Translations under genes and position numbers: made by a program
Assembly: GCA_016180645.1 (NCBI GenBank)
Contig: JACPAV010000004.1
Location: 31,544 to 95,543, forward strand
DNA: 64,000 bases
Direction of reading: 5' to 3'
Source: Nitrospirota bacterium
Lineage (GTDB): Bacteria; JACPQY01
Notes under the pieces: model-generated
Told to the model about the DNA's origin: nothing
Database searches by the model: none
What the model saw: the letters and a program-made list of their open reading frames with translations, nothing else
Shown: one piece after another, positions 36,794 through 46,057 of the stretch
How positions within the stretch are numbered: the first letter of the stretch is position 1
Layout: every line of letters begins with the position of its first letter

Positions 36794-37267
36794 ATGGAAG
36801 AAATCGTTCGGGCGATCCAGGAACGGTTCGGTGCGGCCATCCAGCGCGTGGATCAGATTCGCGGCGAAACGTCCCTCGTGGTGGACCGTGCGTCCATGAT
36901 CGACGTGTTGACCGCGCTCAAGGCCGCGGGGTTTGAAATGCTGGAGGATCTGACCGCGGTGGATTGGCTTACGCTGAAGAACGGTCCGCTCAATCCAAAA
37001 GGCGAACGCTTCTCTGTGGTCTATATTCTCCTCTCACTTTCCCGGAACGCCACCTTGCGCGTGCGAGTCCCGGTGCCCGAAGAGGACCCCGAAGTGCCGA
37101 CCTGCGTGGATCTCTGGCCCGGCGGAAACTGGATGGAAAGAGAAGTATTCGATATGTTTGGCATCCGCTTCAAAGGCCATCCGGAACTCCTGCGCATCCT
37201 GATGCCCGCGGACTACAAAGAATTCCCGATGCGGAAAGAGTTTCCGCTTACGAAGAGACCCGAATAG
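36794..37267 (+). CDS. nuoC: NADH-quinone oxidoreductase subunit C (30 kDa)
   Basis: 157 aa, ...DLTAVDWL...FGIRFKGHPELLRILMP...EFPLTKRPE, typical NuoC. Confidence 0.85.
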   Translation: MEEIVRAIQERFGAAIQRVDQIRGETSLVVDRASMIDVLTALKAAGFEMLEDLTAVDWLTLKNGPLNPKGERFSVVYILLSLSRNATLRVRVPVPEEDPEVPTCVDLWPGGNWMEREVFDMFGIRFKGHPELLRILMPADYKEFPMRKEFPLTKRPE

Positions 37268-37269
37268 AC

Positions 37270-37776
37270 ATGGCCTTCCAGTTTTCCCAGGCGGGGCTCG
37301 ACGACCTGAACGGCTACCTGAAACACTGCCCCAAGAAGGAGGCCGGCCTGCTCTATGCCCTCCACTTGGTTCAGCAGCAGGCGGGCTACGTTCCGGATGA
37401 GGCGGTCGATGTCGTCGGGAAGCTCCTGGAAGTCAGCCGATCCCACATCGAAGGGGTGTTGACCTTCTACACGATGTATTTTCGAAAACCGATGGGCCGG
37501 AATGTGGTGACGGTCTGTTCCACCATCTCCTGCGCGCTCAACGGCGCGCTCGATACCGTGGGCGAGTTTGAAAAGCAGCTCGAAATCGAAACCGGGGAAA
37601 CGACGCCGGATGGCCAGTTCTCGCTCCTCAAGGTGGAATGTCTCGGCGCGTGCGACAAGGCGCCCGTGGTGATGGTGAACGATCAGAAGTTCGACGGCGT
37701 GAAGCGCGAGAAGGTGAAAGAATTGATCCATGTCTGCCGCAAAAGAGCCGGGGCGAACGGCTCGGCGAGAGCTTGA
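37270..37776 (+). CDS. nuoE: NADH-quinone oxidoreductase subunit E (24 kDa, 2Fe-2S)
   Basis: MAFQFSQAGLDDLNGYLKHCPKK...CSTISCALNG...VECLGACDKAPVVMVN carries the four Cys of the NuoE cluster. Confidence 0.85.
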   Translation: MAFQFSQAGLDDLNGYLKHCPKKEAGLLYALHLVQQQAGYVPDEAVDVVGKLLEVSRSHIEGVLTFYTMYFRKPMGRNVVTVCSTISCALNGALDTVGEFEKQLEIETGETTPDGQFSLLKVECLGACDKAPVVMVNDQKFDGVKREKVKELIHVCRKRAGANGSARA

Positions 37777-37783
37777 GGCATCG

Positions 37784-39097
37784 ATGGAACCGATCCTGAC
37801 CCGGTACGCGCGCGACCCCGAGCAGAAAAAAATCGACGTGGCCGTTTCGCATGGCGCGTACGAGGCGGCGAAAAAAGCCCTTGCCATGAAACCGGAGGAG
37901 GTCATCGAAACGGTCAAGTCCTCGGGCCTTCGCGGCCGGGGGGGGGCCGGATTTCCCACCGGGAACAAATGGTCCTTCATCCCGGCGGCGGCCCCGGTGC
38001 GTTATCTCGCCGTGAATGCGGATGAGAGCGAGCCGGGAACGTTCAAGGACCGGCTCCTCATCGAGGGCGATCCCCATTTGCTCCTCGAAGGGATCATCAT
38101 CGCGTCCTACGCGATCAAATGCCGGACGGCGTTCATCTACATCCGAGGAGAGTTTACCGACGGCGCGAACATTCTGCGCGAGGCGATCCGCGAGGCGTAC
38201 GCCAAAGGAATCCTCGGCGAAAAAGTTCTCGGCACGTCCTACGCGCTCGATGTTCTCGTGGCCCGTGGCGCCGGCGCCTACATCTGCGGCGAGGAAACGG
38301 GGCTGCTCGAATCTCTGGAAGGTCACCGCGGACAGCCTCGCGTGAAACCGCCCTTCCCCGCGATCAGAGGGCTTTTCGGCCAGCCGACGATCGTCAACAA
38401 CGTGGAAACCCTCTGCTGCGTCCCGCCGATCCTGAGCCACGGCGCGGAATGGTTCAAAAAGATCGGTCCGGAAAAGAGCCCGGGACCCAAACTCTTTTGC
38501 ATCTCCGGCCGCGTGCGAAAACCCGGCATCTACGAACTTCCGATGGGCATCCCCGCCGAGCAGTTGGTCTTGGAGTACGGCGGCGGCGTGCCGGAAGGCC
38601 GGAAAATCAAGGGGATCATTCCGGGGGGCAGTTCGGCGGCCGTTCTCGGCCCGAAACAGTTCGGTACGCCGCTCGACTTTGATTCCCTGGGCAAGATCGG
38701 AAACATGCTCGGCTCCGCGGGCGTCATCGTGTTGGATGACACCGTGTGCGCGGTGGATGCGCTCACCAATATCATGCGGTTCTACGCCCATGAATCGTGC
38801 GGACAGTGCACGCCGTGCCGCGAAGGAACGGCGTGGTCCGTGAAAATCCTCACGCGCCTCGAACGCGGCGAAGGCGTGCCGAGGGATCTCGAGAATATCG
38901 CGAATCTGACGCGAATGATCAGCGGGCGCGCGCTCTGTCCGCTTGCGGACGGCGCCGCGATGCCGCTGACGAGTTTCTTCCGGGAGTTCAAGGACGAATT
39001 CGTGGCGCACCTCGAACAAAAGCGGTGCCCGATGCGCGGTGCCGCCGTGCCGGGCGAACAGCGGCCGTTGCCGTTGGAATCCGGCACCCACGCCTGA
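37784..39097 (+). CDS. nuoF: NADH-quinone oxidoreductase subunit F (51 kDa, FMN/NADH-binding)
   Basis: GRGGAGFPTGNKW (FMN site), GEETGLLESLEG, and ESCGQCTPCREG (4Fe-4S) are present. Start MEPILTRYARDPEQ has RBS GAGG. Confidence 0.9.
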   Translation: MEPILTRYARDPEQKKIDVAVSHGAYEAAKKALAMKPEEVIETVKSSGLRGRGGAGFPTGNKWSFIPAAAPVRYLAVNADESEPGTFKDRLLIEGDPHLLLEGIIIASYAIKCRTAFIYIRGEFTDGANILREAIREAYAKGILGEKVLGTSYALDVLVARGAGAYICGEETGLLESLEGHRGQPRVKPPFPAIRGLFGQPTIVNNVETLCCVPPILSHGAEWFKKIGPEKSPGPKLFCISGRVRKPGIYELPMGIPAEQLVLEYGGGVPEGRKIKGIIPGGSSAAVLGPKQFGTPLDFDSLGKIGNMLGSAGVIVLDDTVCAVDALTNIMRFYAHESCGQCTPCREGTAWSVKILTRLERGEGVPRDLENIANLTRMISGRALCPLADGAAMPLTSFFREFKDEFVAHLEQKRCPMRGAAVPGEQRPLPLESGTHA

Positions 39098-39104
39098 GCC
39101 TCCC

Positions 39105-40145
39105 ATGCTCTTTGCCCTGACCGTTGCCTTCGTGAAAGTCGCGCTCCTCGTGGCCGTCATCATGACCACAGCGGCCTACCTCACGTTTCTCGAACGCAAG
39201 ATTTCCGCCTTCATGCAGGATCGCGTGGGCCCCAACCGAGTGGGGTGGAAGGGCCTTCTCCAACCGGCGGCCGACGGTCTCAAATTCGTGTTCAAGGAGA
39301 GCATCACCCCGAAGTCGGCGGACCGCCTCCTGTACAACCTCGCGCCCGTGATGTCGTTCGTGCCGGGCATGCTGAATCTGGCCATCGTCCCCTTCGGCGC
39401 CGCCTTCGTGGTTGGCGGCCGGGAGTTTTCACCCCAGGTGGCCGATCTCGACATCGGCATCCTCTACTTCGTCGCCCTCGCTTCGTTGAGTGTGTACGGG
39501 GTCGTTCTCGCAGGCTGGTCGTCCAACAACAAGTATTCGCTCCTCGGCGGCGTGCGTTCCTCCGCGCAGATGATCAGCTACGAACTGGCGATGGGCCTCG
39601 CCATCGTATGCATGCTCATGATCTACGGCACGCTCAAGCTGGGCGAGATCGTAAGCGCGCAGGACTCGATCCTGGGATGGGGCGTATTCCGCCAGCCCAT
39701 CGCGTTCGCCATGTTTCTGGTGGCCTCCTACGCCGAAACCAACCGGCTGCCCTTCGATCTTCCCGAGGCCGAGGGTGAGCTCGTCGCGGGCTATCACACG
39801 GAGTATGCCGGCTTCAAGTTCGCGCTTTTCTTCGTGGGCGAGTACGTCAGCATGATCGTTTCGTCAAGCCTGCTCGTGACCCTGTTCTTCGGCGGATGGC
39901 AGTTGCCGGGGGTGGACGTGTCCGGACTCCCACTCATCCTCCAAATCCTCATGCCCCCGCTCGTGTTTGCGGCCAAGACGGGTGTCCTCCTATTCCTCTA
40001 CATGTGGGTGCGTTGGACCCTCCCCCGCTTCCGGTACGATCAACTCATGAACCTCGGCTGGAAAGTCTTCGTGCCCGTGGGTCTCGTCAACATTCTCGCC
40101 ACGGGAACACTCATCCTCGCCCGGATCAGACCATTCGCCGCATAG
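39105..40145 (+). CDS. nuoH: NADH-quinone oxidoreductase subunit H (ND1)
   Basis: MLFALTVAFVKVAL...LERKISAFMQDRVGPNRVG...GWSSNNKYSLLGGVRSSAQMISYE are canonical NuoH motifs. Confidence 0.9.
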   Translation: MLFALTVAFVKVALLVAVIMTTAAYLTFLERKISAFMQDRVGPNRVGWKGLLQPAADGLKFVFKESITPKSADRLLYNLAPVMSFVPGMLNLAIVPFGAAFVVGGREFSPQVADLDIGILYFVALASLSVYGVVLAGWSSNNKYSLLGGVRSSAQMISYELAMGLAIVCMLMIYGTLKLGEIVSAQDSILGWGVFRQPIAFAMFLVASYAETNRLPFDLPEAEGELVAGYHTEYAGFKFALFFVGEYVSMIVSSSLLVTLFFGGWQLPGVDVSGLPLILQILMPPLVFAAKTGVLLFLYMWVRWTLPRFRYDQLMNLGWKVFVPVGLVNILATGTLILARIRPFAA

Positions 40146-40363
40146 TCCCATTCAGGGGACGGGCCATTTCAGGATGAAAGCCTAGCGTCTTTGCCATCAT
40201 AGTTGTAAGATATCGTAACTATATAGTTTTATAATTGTGTAGGAATAGCGGACGATACCGTCTTGCACCTAGAAGGGATTTCCATCACGCTCCGATAGAT
40301 ACCATCGTGATTTTAATAAGTTAGTGTGGCGTCCCGGAACGGAAATTGCGCTGTACTCCCTCA

Positions 40364-42223
40364 ATGAACGGTTTTCCGCTCATATTGTACGTAGGGAGGG
40401 ATCAGAAGGTTCTCCACACCTTCAAGGGCATGGACGTTCATGTCCTGAACGAATCGGAATATGACCGGCTCGACTACGACCGCGTTCTCCGCGCAAATCC
40501 GGAACTGGCGGTGGTGGACCATACGCTGAATGCGCGCGAGGGCTTCAATCTCTTCAAAAAACTGCGCGATCTCCAGCCGGGCGTTCAACTGCCGATCCTC
40601 ATGCTCACGGAGGAAAACTCGCCGCTCTTCCGCGCGAAGTGCATGGATCTCGGGGCGGATGAAGTCCTGAGCAAGCCCATCAATCCGATCGAATTCCTAT
40701 CCGTCATTCGATCTTCCCTGCGCAAGCGCCGCGAGTTCGTGAAGCTGCATCAGGAAGTTTCCTCGATCCGGCAGAAGGTCGATCAGCTCCACAAAACACA
40801 CGACACCACGAGGCGCCAGAAGGTCGACCTCGCCGACGATCTCCTCAAGGCGGAGCAAGTGAAGCAGTTCTTCCGCAACATCAACCTTCTCGATCTCAAA
40901 AAGGTGTACGAGCGCATCCGTGAGCAGTTGCCCACGCTTCTGGAAGTGGAGCTGTTCTCGCTCTTCGTCATGAATCAGGAGAAAGGCACGCTTGAGCTGG
41001 CGGTCCACAATCACACCAACCTCAGCGAGCACCTCGTCCTGCATCCGAACGCCGGCGGCGTGATGTTCGATGCGGTGAAGGAAGATGAAAGTTTCGTCAT
41101 TACCAATCCCGGGCTGCGCCGGAACAATGGGGATAGCCGCGCGAAGTACAAGCACACGGATGCCCTCTTCGTCCCTTTGAAAGTCGGCGGAGAGACGGTC
41201 GGAATCCTCAACCTGAACAACAGCCTCAAGGGGCGATTCTCCGAGCAGGACAAGGTGTTGGCCGATCAGGTGGCGCAGTTCCTCGCGACGATTCTGTGCA
41301 ATGTGCGGCTTTATCAGAAAGTCCGCGCCCTCTCCACGATGGACGGTCTCACGGGCCTCCTCAATCACCTGAATCTCCATAAGCGGCTCTACGTGGAGCT
41401 CCTCCGCGCGCTCCGCTACCAGCGGCCGCTCTCCTGCATCATGCTGGATCTCGATCACTTCAAGCTCATCAACGATACCTACGGGCACCAAGCCGGCGAC
41501 CGCATTCTCAAGGACGTGTCGGAGATCATCCAGACCACCGTGCGCGAAGTGGACATCGCGGCGCGCTACGGCGGTGAAGAGTTTTTCATCATCCTTCCGG
41601 AAACGGCGGTGGACGAAGCGCAGCGCGTGGCCGAGCGAATGCGCGACAGCATCGCCAAGCACAGTTTCTTCGCCGAAGGGCATGTCATCAAGGTGACGGC
41701 CTCGTTCGGCGTGGCGTCCTTCCCCCAGGCCAAGATCATGCACAAGAACCAGCTCATCCGGCATGCGGACCAGGCGCTGTACGAAGCCAAGAACAGCGGG
41801 CGTGACCGCGTGTGTACCTACCAGGAGCGGCGCGTCGCCCAGCGGTACAAGGTTGAAATGGAACTGAAGTATCTCACGCAGGAAGTGCGGACCGTCCGAT
41901 CGGCCATCCTGAACAACATCTCCGCCACGGGCACCAGCGTGGCAGTGTACGAACCTTTGGCGCAGGGCACCGCCGTGTGGCTCGAAATGAAAGTCACGAC
42001 TGGGAACGGCAACGGTCAGACCGCCTCCGCGCCGGCCCAACCCGGTTCGATGAAAGCGCAGGGCGAAGTCGTGTGGTGCCGCCCGGCTGTCGAAGTCTCC
42101 GGCATGTACGAAGTGGGCATCCAGTTCAGGGGCCTCGAGGACGAAAAGAAAAAAGCCCTCACCAAAATCGTCTACACCGCCCTCTTCAAAGACGTCTCCC
42201 AGCTCGCCTCCCTCCCGGCCTGA
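40364..42223 (+). CDS. REC-GAF-GGDEF-PilZ multidomain diguanylate cyclase
   Basis: REC-like N-domain (LILYVG...PILMLTEEN...DEVLSKP), GAF-like middle, active-site RYGGEEF GGDEF domain, and C-terminal PilZ (RRVAQRYKV RxxxR plus NISATGTSV D/NxSxxG). Start at MNGFPL (40364) preferred over 40346. Confidence 0.75.
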   Translation: MNGFPLILYVGRDQKVLHTFKGMDVHVLNESEYDRLDYDRVLRANPELAVVDHTLNAREGFNLFKKLRDLQPGVQLPILMLTEENSPLFRAKCMDLGADEVLSKPINPIEFLSVIRSSLRKRREFVKLHQEVSSIRQKVDQLHKTHDTTRRQKVDLADDLLKAEQVKQFFRNINLLDLKKVYERIREQLPTLLEVELFSLFVMNQEKGTLELAVHNHTNLSEHLVLHPNAGGVMFDAVKEDESFVITNPGLRRNNGDSRAKYKHTDALFVPLKVGGETVGILNLNNSLKGRFSEQDKVLADQVAQFLATILCNVRLYQKVRALSTMDGLTGLLNHLNLHKRLYVELLRALRYQRPLSCIMLDLDHFKLINDTYGHQAGDRILKDVSEIIQTTVREVDIAARYGGEEFFIILPETAVDEAQRVAERMRDSIAKHSFFAEGHVIKVTASFGVASFPQAKIMHKNQLIRHADQALYEAKNSGRDRVCTYQERRVAQRYKVEMELKYLTQEVRTVRSAILNNISATGTSVAVYEPLAQGTAVWLEMKVTTGNGNGQTASAPAQPGSMKAQGEVVWCRPAVEVSGMYEVGIQFRGLEDEKKKALTKIVYTALFKDVSQLASLPA

Positions 42224-42283
42224 GTCGGCGGGCGCCCTTTTCCCCGACTTGTCGCCCCCAGCCCCCTTGGAAATACTCTTCCC

Positions 42284-42781
42284 ATGGCCAAACCTTTTAC
42301 GGTGAGGATCCGCGTCGGGAGGTGGGAGAACGGCTCCCCCGAGCCCGCAGATGAAATTGAGGTGCTTGTGGACACGGGCGCGGCATAAACGGCGCTGCCG
42401 AAGTCCTTGCTCAAGCGGATGGGTGTGCCGGTGCTGGGGTGATTGACCTTGAGGTTGGCGAACGGCGAGACGATCGAACGGGAATACGGACCTTGTCTCC
42501 TTAGAGTCATGGAAGGGTGGTATGGGACAACCGTCCTGATGGCAGAGGATACGGATATTCCTCTCTTGGGCACCAACACGATGGACGATGCCAGTGTGGA
42601 AATCGACCTCCGAAATAAAAAGCTTGTACATGTTCAAGCGATTCAGGCCCGGTTTGTGGGCTGCGGGGCGGCGAGGCTCTTCCCGCCACCTCTCCCGCAG
42701 TTATTGAAACTCAAACCTTCCTCCAAACGCCGGCCATCACACACCGTCACCCATCCGACATTTGTCAACCCCCATGCTTGA
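42284..42781 (+). pseudogene. Retropepsin-like aspartic protease pseudogene (two in-frame stops)
   Basis: MAKPFTVRIRVGRWENGSPEPADEIEVLVDTGAA-TAA(42386)-TALPKSLLKRMGVPVLG-TGA(42440)-LTLRLANGETIEREYGPCLL...IPLLGTNTMDDASVEIDL. It is collinear with the intact protease at 25331-25702 (EFLVDTGATDSMAPAGRLRAIGI...). Confidence 0.5.
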
Positions 42782-43018
42782 CCCCTGACATGCGTTGGAT
42801 GTGCAGCCTGGGTGTAAATCTTGAATATTGACTTTTCGGCCTCAGAAACTCGATTTTCAAGATTGACACCGTTTTGTTTCGCGACCGCCATCCGATAAGG
42901 CGATGATTGTAATAATCGGGTGCCTTCGATGGGGTTCGGCCCATCGGTGTCCGCTTCGAGCTGAAGCAGCAGACTACAGGTGTGGAAGCTGCCACGGAGT
43001 ACTTCTTCCCGTGCGAGA

Positions 43019-43107
43019 CTAACAGAATGCCGATTCGTAGGGGAGCATCTTCAGATGCTCCCTCTTGTCGGGAGGGCCTGAAGGCCCTCCCCTACGCATT
43101 CTGTTAG
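43019..43107. repeat. Family A structured repeat: nested double-hairpin element, inverted orientation
   Basis: CTAACAGAATGC-cgattcgtagGGGAGCATCTtcagATGCTCCCtcttgtcGGGAGGGCCTgaagGCCCTCCCctac-GCATTCTGTTAG has two adjacent perfect hairpins inside a 12-bp outer inverted repeat. Its reverse complement matches the units at 60299-60545. Confidence 0.8.
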
Positions 43108-43125
43108 ACGCTCTTAGTAGCAGGA

Positions 43126-43160
43126 GGTCCGAGGGTCAGGCATGGGGGTTGAGACTTTCG
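43126..43160. repeat. 35-bp direct repeat (copy 1) downstream of the 3-gene glycosylation cassette
   Basis: CGAGGGTCAGGCATGGGGGTTGAGACTTTCGGA is 30/33 identical to 46912-46946, which contains the start codon and first codons of the methyltransferase gene. Confidence 0.7.
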
Positions 43161-43167
43161 GATTCGG

Positions 43168-45102
43168 TCAGTCCGGCACCAAAGGTTTTGGACGCATGTA
43201 AAGCCGACCGTAACCCGCGACCACTTGTTCGGTCCACCCGGCGGCGAGCGCCTTTCGAAGGAACGGCTCGACGTGCAGACGGTATCGCAGGAAGCCCTGT
43301 CTCACGGGCGAACCGTCAATGTTCGCCCATCCATCGCTCACCCAAATGGCGTCCATTGAGGCAAGGCGCTCTTCCGTCCGGCCGCTGGAATCTGGAAAGG
43401 GGGGAAGACTGGTAGGACTGACGATCCCGTCAATATCCACAGGCGTGAACGCTTTCAGCCATGTCTCTTCGCGCAGGATGATCTTCGGATGGTGAGAGGC
43501 GGCAGCAAGCAACTCGCGGTAGGAAGTTCTCATGCTTATCCCAGGCCCGGCTTGAAGAATGTCGGAGGGACCGGAGATCACGGCACGCATCTGGCCGCTA
43601 CAACCCCCGTGGGAGGAACCGTAACCGTTGGGCAACACGAGGCACGCACTCACCAGCACCACCCATCGCGTATAGGTTCGTTCACCTCCCCTCAGCCACG
43701 ATGCGAGGAGTGACTGCCCCGGAATCATCAGCAAGGCGCCACCCAACGCCAAGGTTTGGAGCGCCCGAATCTTCCACTTCGTAACATCGGCCAAACTTCC
43801 ATCCGCCGACCAGAGCGCTGACAGCACCCATTCGTTGAAGATGATCCCCATCAGCAGGACGGCCCAGCCGCACCAAGCCACGGCCTTCTTGCGAGCAGAG
43901 GCGGTCGACAAGTTCCGGTCACTATCCGCCGGACGCTTGAAAAAGGACCCCCGGCTGTAGGCTGCCACCCATGCCAGGCCCCGCCCCGTATGCGCGACCA
44001 CCAGAAGTCCCACGGGCAGAAGCGCCATGACGTACCGAGTATCAAACCAAACCAGGAGAAGGCTGGCTGAAACGCCGGCGGCGCCGAAAAAGATGGAACC
44101 CAACGTCGCGAGCCGGCCCCTCGTCCGAAGCTCATGGACGATGGCCGCCGTCGACACACACAGGCAAAGCCAAAAGACAGCGGCCAACACCGATTCTCCA
44201 AAAAAATACGGCCCCCGCCCAAAAAAGAACTTCATGGGTAAGTTCAAGAATTCGGGAACATTCTGGAGAATATGCGCCGCGACCTTGCCCGGAGCCTTCC
44301 TCAAGGCCTCTAGGATGGTGGTTGCACCACCAAAAGCCTCCTGATTCGTGAAGTACCAGTCCCGGTCCAGCCAGGAAGATGGCGGCGTGGTCCTTGTTGT
44401 GTAGAACCAGTTACCGACTTGGAAGAAACCGATCGTCAGCGCCCCTCTCGCCGCCATGGGAGCATACGTCGTATCGACGAGCATGTGGTTGTGATCCCAT
44501 CGATCCGAGGGGAACAGCGCGGCCAAGAGCGCGACGGCGCCGAGACCGACCTTGGCTGCCAGGCGCAGGCTCGCATGTCGTGTTGGCAACAGAGCGTCGG
44601 CCTCCACTTCTCGTCGCCTTGACAACCTGCCCACCACGACCCCCAGAAAGTGACCGGCAAGGAATGGGACAGCTCCGAGATGGCAAAGAACCGCGGCAAG
44701 AAGGGACCAGGGAATGATTTCCGTGTCCGACCGCGCACGTCCCCAGCCTCCGGCAAAATAGAGAGCCACGAAACCGATGGAAGCCACCAAGCCTCCCCCC
44801 TCGACGATGGCGAGGGTGGGGATCCATGCAATCACCAGCAGCAATGCGTAGAGAGGAGTGAGCACGTTCCTTAGCATGAGGAACAGCGCGAAGGCGGCAA
44901 ACAGATGGGTGAGGAGGTACTCAAGAAGTTCCGACCAGGGATAGGGCAAGAAGAAGAACGCCTGCAGATAAACGGCATGGAGAGGACCGTGGGAGAAGAC
45001 CGGGAAGCCGCCCGTCTCCCTGAGAATACGGGCGGATGCCCAGTATTTCCAACTCTCACTCGGCGCCCAGTCTCGGGGGGCGAGAAAGTAGGTAGCCACC
45101 AA
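43168..45102 (-). CDS. Polytopic membrane protein, possible GT-C-type (ArnT/PMT-like) glycosyltransferase
   Basis: 644 aa with more than 10 predicted TM helices and a large soluble C-terminal domain. It is co-oriented and tightly linked with a GT2 polyprenyl-phosphate sugar synthase-like gene and a SAM methyltransferase, the typical GT2+GT-C pairing. I recognise no diagnostic motif. Confidence 0.45.
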   Translation of the reverse strand: MVATYFLAPRDWAPSESWKYWASARILRETGGFPVFSHGPLHAVYLQAFFFLPYPWSELLEYLLTHLFAAFALFLMLRNVLTPLYALLLVIAWIPTLAIVEGGGLVASIGFVALYFAGGWGRARSDTEIIPWSLLAAVLCHLGAVPFLAGHFLGVVVGRLSRRREVEADALLPTRHASLRLAAKVGLGAVALLAALFPSDRWDHNHMLVDTTYAPMAARGALTIGFFQVGNWFYTTRTTPPSSWLDRDWYFTNQEAFGGATTILEALRKAPGKVAAHILQNVPEFLNLPMKFFFGRGPYFFGESVLAAVFWLCLCVSTAAIVHELRTRGRLATLGSIFFGAAGVSASLLLVWFDTRYVMALLPVGLLVVAHTGRGLAWVAAYSRGSFFKRPADSDRNLSTASARKKAVAWCGWAVLLMGIIFNEWVLSALWSADGSLADVTKWKIRALQTLALGGALLMIPGQSLLASWLRGGERTYTRWVVLVSACLVLPNGYGSSHGGCSGQMRAVISGPSDILQAGPGISMRTSYRELLAAASHHPKIILREETWLKAFTPVDIDGIVSPTSLPPFPDSSGRTEERLASMDAIWVSDGWANIDGSPVRQGFLRYRLHVEPFLRKALAAGWTEQVVAGYGRLYMRPKPLVPD

Positions 45103-45222
45103 AAGGCCGACAAGGAGACCGACCAGCTCCAGCCGGTTCGGCGCAGATAGTCGATCCGATTCCCGCTCGGCTCCGGCCAGAGCTTCCTTGGAGAAGTTGG
45201 TCCCTATCGGAGTGCCTCCCGA

Positions 45223-46041
45223 CTATGAACGACGGTCCCCGGTCCGGCTCAACGGGTCCCCTCTCGTGGACGGCTCGCCGCCGGCCCTTGTGTAACGAGT
45301 GGTAAGCGACTCAAGAAGCCTGCCTCGAAGGCCAAGCCGATGGAGTCCGTATTTTCCGATGAGGACCAGAATTCCGAGTCCGTAGACCACACTGGACAGA
45401 AAACTGGCGCTGGACGCATCCGGGAAGTAACGCGCAGGCACCGGTATCTCGCGTATCTCGTATCCGAGGTGGACAGCCTGAAAGATCAACTCCTGATCGA
45501 AGATGAAACCATCCGAGTTGGCCTCGAACGGAATCGTTTCCAGCACACGCCGGGAGAAGGCCCGGTAGCCGGTGTGATACTCGGACAGTTTCAGATGGAG
45601 AACCCAGTTCTCGAGCTGGGTGAGAAGCCGGTTCGAAACGTACTTCCACCAAGGCATGCCCCGCGAGAGGGCGTCGTCCACCAGCAATCGTGAGCCCAGA
45701 ACGATGTTGGCGTCTCCCCGCTCGATGGGCTCGACCATCTCCGGGAGGAGCTTCGGGTCGTACTGGTAATCCGGATGCACCATCACGATGACGTCGGCCC
45801 CGGTCTTGAGCGCCTCGCGGTAGCACGTTTTCTGATTGGCGCCGTATCCGTAGTTCCGGTTATGCAGGAAGACCTCAAGTCCCAGTTCACGGGCGATCTC
45901 CGCCGTTCGATCGGTGCTTCCATCGTCGACCAGGATGACCGAATCGTAGGTCCCTTTCGGCAGGTCCCGATAGGTGAGGTGCAGCGTCTTCTCAGCGTTG
46001 TAGGCGGGCATCACGACCACAACCTTCGATCTTTTCCGCAT
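45223..46041 (-). CDS. Family 2 glycosyltransferase (dolichyl/polyprenyl-phosphate sugar synthase-like)
   Basis: Start MRKRSKVVVVMPAYNAE. ILVDDGSTDRT and the DxD region VIVMVHPDYQYDP are present. C-terminal TM helix. Confidence 0.75.
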   Translation of the reverse strand: MRKRSKVVVVMPAYNAEKTLHLTYRDLPKGTYDSVILVDDGSTDRTAEIARELGLEVFLHNRNYGYGANQKTCYREALKTGADVIVMVHPDYQYDPKLLPEMVEPIERGDANIVLGSRLLVDDALSRGMPWWKYVSNRLLTQLENWVLHLKLSEYHTGYRAFSRRVLETIPFEANSDGFIFDQELIFQAVHLGYEIREIPVPARYFPDASSASFLSSVVYGLGILVLIGKYGLHRLGLRGRLLESLTTRYTRAGGEPSTRGDPLSRTGDRRS

Positions 46042-46057
46042 AGGGGGGGCTATGGTG

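Noticed and set aside
37628-39169. 513-aa minus-strand ORF opposite nuoF
   Set aside because: nuoF is unambiguous on the plus strand.
42386-42442. In-frame TGA in the protease pseudogene as selenocysteine or programmed read-through
   Set aside because: A TAA stop precedes it in the same frame and no SECIS-like context is evident; pseudogene is the simpler reading.
40697-42637. 646-aa minus-strand ORF opposite the GGDEF gene
   Set aside because: Antisense to a gene with GGEEF and PilZ motifs.
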